A stretch of 64,000 nucleotides of DNA from Solirubrobacteraceae bacterium (GTDB lineage: Bacteria; Actinomycetota; Thermoleophilia; Solirubrobacterales; Solirubrobacteraceae). Positions 58,701 to 64,000 of this stretch are shown piece by piece (the stretch's first letter is position 1; each line of letters starts with the position of its first letter). The translations under genes and the position numbers were made by a program. A model generated the notes under the pieces. It saw nothing but the letters and a program-made list of their open reading frames with translations. It ran no database searches and was not told the origin of the DNA. The stretch is taken from the NCBI GenBank assembly GCA_016463765.1, contig JAEMQS010000017.1, positions 10,168 to 74,167 of the forward strand, read 5' to 3'.

Positions 58701-59799
58701 CGGGCGGCGGGAGCTCCGGCGGGAGGATCGTCGTCCCGGGGACATCGATCATGCGCGCCCGGTGGTTGAAGGAATCGGCGATGAGCACGTCGCCCGCGGC
58801 GCTCAGGGCGATCCCGGCGGGCCGGTTGAGCCGGCCGGCTGTGGCGTTGGCCGCATCGGCGAACCCTGCGGTCCCGTCGCCGGCGATCGTCGTGATCGTG
58901 CCGCCCGTCACCCGCCGGATGCGGTGGTTGAGCAGGTCGGCGATGACGAACCCGCCGTCGGACGTGGCGAGCACGCGCGACGGGCTCGCGAGCTGCGCGG
59001 CGGTCGCCGCGCCGCCGTCGCCCGAGAAGCCGTTGGTCGTTCCGGCGACGGTGGAGATCGTGCCGCCGGCCGTGACCTTGCGGATGCGCTGGTTGTCGCG
59101 GTCGGCGATGAGGTATCCGCCGTCGGCGGTGAGCGACACGCCGAACGGCTTGTTGAGCTGGGCTGCGGTGGCCGCCCCTCCGTCTCCGCCGAAGCTCGCC
59201 ACGCCGGTGCCCGCGACGGTGCTGATGACGCCGCCGGGCGAGACCCGGCGAATGCGGTGCTGGTCGACCGACACGATCAGGTACGAGCCGTCGGACTGGG
59301 TGGCGATGTCGTACGGGAACGCGAGCTGCGCGCTCGTCGCGGGGCCGCCGTCGCCGAAGCCGCCCCCGCCGCCGGCCACCGTCGAGATCACGCCACCGGG
59401 GGTGACGCGGCGGATGCGGTTGTTGTTCGCGTCCGCGATGAGGATCGAGCCATCGGCGGCGATGGCCAGACCGGACGGCGCGCTCAGCTGCGCGGCGGTC
59501 GCGGCCCCACCGTCTCCTGAGAAGCCGGCGGTGCCGTTGCCGGCGACGGTCGTGATGGTCCCGTCCACGGCGACCCGGCGCACGCGGTGGTTGACCTGGT
59601 CGGCGATCAGGTACCCGCCGCTCGACAGCGCGGTGACCCCGACCGGGAAGCTCAGCTGCGCGGCTGTCGCCGGGCCGGCATCACCCGCGAAGCCGGCGAC
59701 CCCGGTGCCCGCGACGGTCGTCAGCGGGTCGGCCGCAGCCGGGGCGGCGCTCGCGGCACAGACGGTCGCGGTGAAAAGGGCGGCGAGAGCGTGACGCAC
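55750..59799 (-). CDS. Large secreted protein: NHL repeats + PKD-like + unknown beta-rich region + FN3-like tail
   Basis: Signal peptide; about 6 repeats of TVAG.G...GDGG.AT.AQL..P..V.....G..LIAD..NHRIRRV; QWDFDSDG. Confidence 0.85.
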   Translation of the reverse strand: MRHALAALFTATVCAASAAPAAADPLTTVAGTGVAGFAGDAGPATAAQLSFPVGVTALSSGGYLIADQVNHRVRRVAVDGTITTVAGNGTAGFSGDGGAATAAQLSAPSGLAIAADGSILIADANNNRIRRVTPGGVISTVAGGGGGFGDGGPATSAQLAFPYDIATQSDGSYLIVSVDQHRIRRVSPGGVISTVAGTGVASFGGDGGAATAAQLNKPFGVSLTADGGYLIADRDNQRIRKVTAGGTISTVAGTTNGFSGDGGAATAAQLASPSRVLATSDGGFVIADLLNHRIRRVTGGTITTIAGDGTAGFADAANATAGRLNRPAGIALSAAGDVLIADSFNHRARMIDVPGTTILPPELPPPVATPDPAPPSSPPPPPPVASFSAPTRASAFSPVLLNAGSTTGATRLQWDFDSDGKIDLTSPPRDSAVRLTVPGNKTLPVKLIVTGAGGATDTKVQNVTFTPSQLLSGSVLKQLPAVLTSGPAEISASTSILANRPCIDGTTVIFRLVEARGCFVRTEDPADVPPAERAVGQAHYFEQQYSVPAVVNNLCRRADLGELPQSKCDQAKAMFKKPQEFYVSKQAIKLNGITIRPRNGRSIVLLPAAERLLAADAVMIWNGITVKSGALDLNLVDQVKAIAFGQRAKDFPTGRAPLFTFDGNKDIPDIAGFKIDGAISLSIGATDGKRWSEGAISLRLPPAFSLFGGNPPSASTSLRADNDNDPVLDQLKVTVPEAYIGAVRFTDLSFEYRLAGGIDGDTNPGTSCTRKEWKARGNVFISGGKSGEAGFRLTAPPSQNGVGFCNGSFKHAGGALQFGGPIPKPVLFPGVLLDEVNFALQLNPFLVRGGGQISVGEVATVKGALLLAFPTASRPYVLNERDAGREFKQLAGKRFTSPTVAVGGDVGIKVPEFGTLGFGNAALMYSYPDYVFFGGQVRLILPGLAVTGGVSGEMSLATKRFQLGGEGEACLGIDVVCFGANANVGSRGFSACGQAVGLRPGGGYRFADKYIGIWPIDGCKPSQFWITDVRARTASGARAAQAGVLTFQREAGEAVKQLRLQGDTAAPEVTVRGPSGKALTVTGDDLTYAPGNDIGAMRELTGKRTFISLNDGPGRYTVTPEPGSAKITQVAESRKGYDSEFEGEIDTARNEAKRILKYDLGPKGGDQQVTFYEKGEDVYQQIGTAKSGKGEITFTPADGARGSREIVAVALINGVPIAEQTLAKFKASAEAAVTPPTDVEVQRRGAGLVVTWDKAEQAKAYGIVVTQANGEVQRHRASREQRSLRIAKVDAEFAGRVTVSAQGPDNDWTKPTEAARYKRTEAPFTVLQTAQDNEKRDAAKARAERARSR

Positions 59800-59835
59800 G
59801 CGCGGAGCGTAGGTCCGCGGGGTTCGCCGCCGAAA

Positions 59836-59872
59836 CCACCCAGTGGGGTGAAGATCTCACCCCACCAGGTGG
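59836..59872. terminator. Inverted repeat after the ccr operon (terminator or operator)
   Basis: GTGGGGTGA-AGATC-TCACCCCAC with CCACC/GGTGG extension. Confidence 0.45.
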
Positions 59873-59888
59873 CGGCATGACGCTGGTG

Positions 59889-60206
59889 CTAGGCGCTGGT
59901 TTCCAGCTCGAGCCGGCCGCTGGCCGTGCGCTCGGTGGGCGAGTAGAGCACCGGGACCGTGTACCAGCCCGCGGTGGACGCGCGGAAGTCCTGGAAGTCC
60001 TCGCCGTACCAGAACCGCTCCCACTCGAGCTTGTTCGGGAACTCCAGGATCTGCGTGAACTTGTACCGATCCTCCTTGGACCGGTAGAGGTCGAAGCGCA
60101 GCGCGCCGCGCTTGAGCGCGACGTTGCTGATCTTCTCGAGCGCGTACTCCATGTCGTCGGCCCGCAGCGCCGTGGCGTACCACGGGACCGTGACGATGTA
60201 GGACAT
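59889..60206 (-). CDS. Hypothetical ABM-like (dimeric alpha+beta barrel) protein coupled to ccr
   Basis: TGATG overlap with ccr; RGALRFDLYRSKEDRYKFTQILEF...WERFW pattern. Confidence 0.72.
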   Translation of the reverse strand: MSYIVTVPWYATALRADDMEYALEKISNVALKRGALRFDLYRSKEDRYKFTQILEFPNKLEWERFWYGEDFQDFRASTAGWYTVPVLYSPTERTASGRLELETSA

Positions 60207-61462
60207 CAGGCGCCCACCTCCGCGATGATCGCGCCGGGGCCCTCGGCCGTGCGGCCGAGACCCTCGGACTCGGCGCCGACGAGGACCGAGATCTTGCCGG
60301 CGTGCTTGTTCTCGTGCATGAGCTGGTGCGCGTGGGCGACGTCCTCGAAGGGCATCGTCTTCCACAGCACCGGCTGGATCAGGCCCTGGTCGATCAGTGC
60401 GTTGGCCTTCGTGCACTCCCACGCGTTGGCGAAGTGCGAGCCGATGATCTCCTTCTGGCGCATCCAGAGGTAGCGGACGTCGAAGTCCAGCGTGTATCCC
60501 GACGTGGCGCCGCAGATGACGACCTTGCCGAACGTCTTCACGGTGAAGACCGACGTGGGGAACGTGGCCGCGCCGACGTGCTCGAAGACGATGTCGGGCG
60601 ACTCGCCGAGGATCTCCTTGACGCGCTTGGCGAACGCACGCGAGACCTTGAAGCGCTCCTTCTCCTCCTCGGGCGTCTCCTTGCCCGTGCGCATCATCCC
60701 CGCGAACTCCTTGCGGTTGATGTAGTCCTTCGCGCCGAGCTGCTTGACGAGCTCGCCCTTCTCGTCGGAGGACACGACGCCCACCGACTCACCGCCCGCC
60801 GCCTTGACGAGCTGCGTGGCGAACACGCCGAGGCCGCCCGCGGCGCCCCAGATCAGGACCTTCTGGCCCGCCTGGATCTGCGCGCGGTTGAAGAGCATGC
60901 GGTACGCGGTGAAGTACGTCAGGCCGTAGGACGCGGCCTCTTCCCAGGACAGCGACTTGGGCTTGGGCAGCAGCTGCTGGGCCTGGACCTTCGTGAACTG
61001 CGCGAACGAGCCCCACGTGGTCTCGTAGCCCCAGATCTTCTGCGACGGCGCGGCCATCGGGTCGAGACCGTGGACCTCGGGGTCCTCGTAGCTCGTCTGG
61101 TTGCAGTGGATGACGACCTCGTCGCCGACCTTCCAGCGCGTGACGCCGGGGCCGACCTTCCACACGACGCCGGACGCGTCCGAGCCGCCGATGTGATGGC
61201 CGTACTCGGGGTGGTCGGCGTAGCCGAAGACGGAGACGGGCTGCCCGAGCGACGCCCAGACGTTGTTGAAGTTCACGCCGGCGGCCATGACGCGCACGAT
61301 GACCTCGAACGCCTTGGGCTCGGGGACTTCGATCTCCTCGAGCTGGAAGGCGTCCTTCGGCTCGCCCTCGCGCTCCTGACGGATGACCCAGGCGGCCATC
61401 GTCGCGGGCAGCTCGCCCGGCTCGGCATCCACTCTGGTGACTTGGCTCAGATCGATGGCCAC
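60206..61462 (-). CDS. ccr: Crotonyl-CoA carboxylase/reductase
   Basis: MAAGVNFNNVW, HIGGSDASG, IWGYET, LIWGAAGGLG, RYLWMRQK, GSHFAN (CO2-binding N/E/H present). Confidence 0.95.
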   Translation of the reverse strand: MAIDLSQVTRVDAEPGELPATMAAWVIRQEREGEPKDAFQLEEIEVPEPKAFEVIVRVMAAGVNFNNVWASLGQPVSVFGYADHPEYGHHIGGSDASGVVWKVGPGVTRWKVGDEVVIHCNQTSYEDPEVHGLDPMAAPSQKIWGYETTWGSFAQFTKVQAQQLLPKPKSLSWEEAASYGLTYFTAYRMLFNRAQIQAGQKVLIWGAAGGLGVFATQLVKAAGGESVGVVSSDEKGELVKQLGAKDYINRKEFAGMMRTGKETPEEEKERFKVSRAFAKRVKEILGESPDIVFEHVGAATFPTSVFTVKTFGKVVICGATSGYTLDFDVRYLWMRQKEIIGSHFANAWECTKANALIDQGLIQPVLWKTMPFEDVAHAHQLMHENKHAGKISVLVGAESEGLGRTAEGPGAIIAEVGA

Positions 61463-61541
61463 GGTGAAAGAAACCCCATACGTTTCGCGGTCAGGACAGC
61501 TGCGGAATCCTACCCGCCGAGCCGCCCTCGTCGCGTTACGC

Positions 61542-61988
61542 CTACGGCTGGAGCAGGTCGTTGTCGGAGTTCGGCCGCTCGGGGCCGACCGCGAGGGTCT
61601 CCGACGTGGCGCGTGAGCCCTCACCGGCGGTGACGGTGTACTCGCCCTCGGGGAGGTCGGCCTGCAGCGATGCGGTGTCCGACGGGTTGATCGGCCCGGT
61701 GCGCTGGCGCAGCCCGGAGTCCTGGCCGGCGGTCTCCAGCCGGAGCTCCTTGGTGTTGCCGGTCTGGTTGGTGACGACCAGGCGGATCGGGCCGGCGCCG
61801 AAGCGCTTCGGCGAGATCGCGAGCGTGTCGTCGAGGATCGCGGCGTTGACGACGATGGGCGTCGGCGGCCGGTTGCCCCGCTCCTCAGGCTCGTCCGACC
61901 CGCAGGCGGACAGCAACAGGGCAGCGGTCACCACGCCCGCGGCAAGGCGCGGGCGGGTAGGGGTCATGGCAGGCGTCGCGGTCTCCAT
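61542..61988 (-). CDS. Lipoprotein, cupredoxin-like fold
   Basis: Lipobox LSAC; AGPIRLVVTN...PGDT-like PSDT...GEY; no Cu ligands evident; start may be 61967. Confidence 0.7.
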   Translation of the reverse strand: METATPAMTPTRPRLAAGVVTAALLLSACGSDEPEERGNRPPTPIVVNAAILDDTLAISPKRFGAGPIRLVVTNQTGNTKELRLETAGQDSGLRQRTGPINPSDTASLQADLPEGEYTVTAGEGSRATSETLAVGPERPNSDNDLLQP

Positions 61989-62022
61989 CCCGTGCGTGCG
62001 TCGAACGAACGCGGAGCAGACC

Positions 62023-62226
62023 CTAACCGACGAGGGAGCGGCGCTCGGCTTCGAGCTGCTCGAGTTCCGTCTGCAGGTGGTCCCACGCCTCGGTTTCCGC
62101 CTGGTCGTAGGCGCGGCCTTCGAGGTCGCGCAGCGCCAGGCGGTAGTCCATCCAGGCGTCGGTGACGGCGACGTCGAGCTCGGCGAGCCGGACGGCGGGG
62201 TCGTCGGATGTCGCGTACGAGGACAT
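62023..62226 (-). CDS. Small acidic helical hypothetical protein
   Basis: TACAGT 7 nt before ATG 62226; AW..Y...LRDLEG..YD.AE..AW pattern. Confidence 0.62.
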   Translation of the reverse strand: MSSYATSDDPAVRLAELDVAVTDAWMDYRLALRDLEGRAYDQAETEAWDHLQTELEQLEAERRSLVG

Positions 62227-62329
62227 GGTCTCGACTGTAGATGATCGTTGGGTGAGATGACTCGCGCAATCGTCCTCCTGTCCGCAAGCGCGCATGCACG
62301 GCGTCGGGCCGGCGTCGTATCACTGCGGC

Positions 62330-63991
62330 ATGGACCTGGCCGACCATCCGCTCGCGACCGCCGAGTACCTCGTGGTGGACTGCGAGACGAACGGCCGGGC
62401 GGGCGCGGCGTGCGAGCTCACGGAGGTCGGCGCGGTGCTCGTCGGCGGTGGCGAGCTGCACGAGCGGTGGTCGTCGCTCGTCACCGTGCGGGCCCCGCTG
62501 ACGCGCCGGATCCAGCGGTACACCGGCATCACGCAGGCCATGGTCGACGGTGCGCCCGCGCCCCAGGCCGTCCTCCAGCAGCTCGCCGCGCGGATGGACG
62601 GGCGCGTGCTCGTCGCCCACAACGCCCCGTTTGACCGCCGGGCGCTCGCGCAGGGCTTCCGCGAGGCGGGACTGCGGTGGCCCGACCCGCCGGTGCTCTG
62701 CACCGTGGCGCTGGCGCGCCGCTTCGCCCCGCTGCAGACGCGCCGCGGCCTGGCGGTGCTCGCGGGCGGTCTGGGCATCGACGTCGAGCAGTCGCACCGC
62801 GCGCTGCCCGATGCGGAGACCTGCGCGCGGATCCTGTGCGCGCTGCTGCCACGCCTCATGGGCTCGGTCGAGACGGTGGGCGAAGCGGTCGCGCTGCTGC
62901 GACCCGTGCGCCGGCGTCCGCGCAAGGTGCGGGCGGGCAGGACGGTCGGCGGGCTCCCGGGCGTCGCCGGCACGCCGCCGCCGGGGCTCGCCGAGCTGCC
63001 CGATGAGCCGGGCGTCTACATCTTCCGCAACGCGGCGGGTCAGCCGCTGTACGTCGGCAAGTCCGTCGCCGTGCGGTCGCGCGCGCGGGCGCACTTCCAG
63101 CCGTCGGCGCCGCCGGAGGCGTGGACCGGGCAGGCGGCGTCCGTGGAGGCCCGTGCGTGCGGCTCGGAGCTCGGCGCGCTGGTGCTCGAGTGCCGGGAGA
63201 TCAAGCGCCTGCGCCCGCCGGGCAACGTCCGCCTCAAGCACGACGACCCGTATGTCTTCCTGCGCTGCCGGCTGGACATCCCGTTCCCGGTCCTCGAGGT
63301 CGCCCGGGAGCCGGCGTCCGGGCATGCGGTGACGATCGGGCCGCTGGCCGGGCACCGCGCGGCGGTCGAGCTGATGGAGCAGCTCAACTCGCTGTTCGGG
63401 CTGCGCCACTGCGGCCGCGGGCTGCCCCGCCGCGAGCATCCGTCGGCGTACGGCCAGATGGGCCGCTGCCTGTCACCGTGCCTGCAGGACCTCGACCCGA
63501 ACCTCTACCGGACCCGGCTCGACGCCGCGCTCGACCTGTTCTGCGAGGACGGCGACGGCGGGGCGGCGCTGCTCGAGCACGTGGCGATGGAGATGGAGGA
63601 GGCCGCCGCGGCGCAGCACTACGAGCGCGCGGCATGGCTGCGGCGGCGGCGCGAGCGCCTGAAGGTGCTGTGCCGGCGGCTGGCCGAAGCGACGGGGACG
63701 CTGCGCGCGACCCACGCGCGGCCGTCGCTGGTCATCGCGCCGCATCCGCGCGGGACGGCGCCAGGGGACGCGTTCTGGCTCGTCGGCGGGCGCCTGGTGG
63801 ACTGGTGCCGTGCGAGCTCGGAGGAGGAGCTGGAGCGCCGCAGCGCGGCGGCGCTCGTCCGGGCTGCCGGACGCCGGGCGGCGCACGTGCCGGCCGAGGA
63901 GGTCGACGAGCTGCGGATCGTCGCGACGTGGCTGGCCTCACACGAGCACGAGGTGCGTGAGCTGGCGCCGCTGAACGCCGCGGTCGCCTGA
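62330..63991 (+). CDS. DEDDh exonuclease fused to UvrC/Cho-like GIY-YIG nuclease
   Basis: VVDCETNG, VAHNAPFD, HRALPDA; LPDEPGVYIF, LYVGKS, PPGN, CLSPC, UVR-like YERAA..R. Confidence 0.9.
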   Translation: MDLADHPLATAEYLVVDCETNGRAGAACELTEVGAVLVGGGELHERWSSLVTVRAPLTRRIQRYTGITQAMVDGAPAPQAVLQQLAARMDGRVLVAHNAPFDRRALAQGFREAGLRWPDPPVLCTVALARRFAPLQTRRGLAVLAGGLGIDVEQSHRALPDAETCARILCALLPRLMGSVETVGEAVALLRPVRRRPRKVRAGRTVGGLPGVAGTPPPGLAELPDEPGVYIFRNAAGQPLYVGKSVAVRSRARAHFQPSAPPEAWTGQAASVEARACGSELGALVLECREIKRLRPPGNVRLKHDDPYVFLRCRLDIPFPVLEVAREPASGHAVTIGPLAGHRAAVELMEQLNSLFGLRHCGRGLPRREHPSAYGQMGRCLSPCLQDLDPNLYRTRLDAALDLFCEDGDGGAALLEHVAMEMEEAAAAQHYERAAWLRRRRERLKVLCRRLAEATGTLRATHARPSLVIAPHPRGTAPGDAFWLVGGRLVDWCRASSEEELERRSAAALVRAAGRRAAHVPAEEVDELRIVATWLASHEHEVRELAPLNAAVA

Positions 63992-64000
63992 CCCGGTTCA

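Noticed and set aside
58760-59730. Repeated DNA blocks resembling an array
   Set aside because: Protein-level NHL repeats inside one CDS, with no spacer structure

Overview
Very GC-rich bacterial chromosome segment. Gene content and style suggest Actinomycetota, probably Thermoleophilia/Solirubrobacterales (inference). About 60 CDS; I saw no rRNA, tRNA, CRISPR or IS. Main themes: (1) A methylated-amine catabolic cluster at 29.7-38.4 kb on the minus strand: amt-like permease plus small membrane protein, then dmmA-dmmB-dmmC, an acyl-CoA-dehydrogenase-fold flavoprotein, tdm (TMAO demethylase) and a flavin reductase. It lacks the canonical FMO-type tmm and dmmD. The ACAD-fold protein lacks the catalytic Glu and, with the reductase, is a candidate new two-component amine N-oxygenase. 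Both promoters share a tandem GGAC-N5/6-GTCC operator. (2) A dispersed, mosaic ethylmalonyl-CoA pathway (ccr, ecm/meaA+meaB, mcd, mch, Chloroflexus-type mcl), with an atypical ADP-forming CoA ligase plus ferredoxin, pckG and eutBC. (3) Cis-regulatory elements: a c-di-AMP riboswitch ahead of an unknown tail-anchored protein, candidate structured leaders before pckG and a Cys-less AhpD-like gene, ArsR-type operators, SigB/F-type promoters, and many apparently leaderless genes. Family calls come from motifs recognised by eye; no database search was run.
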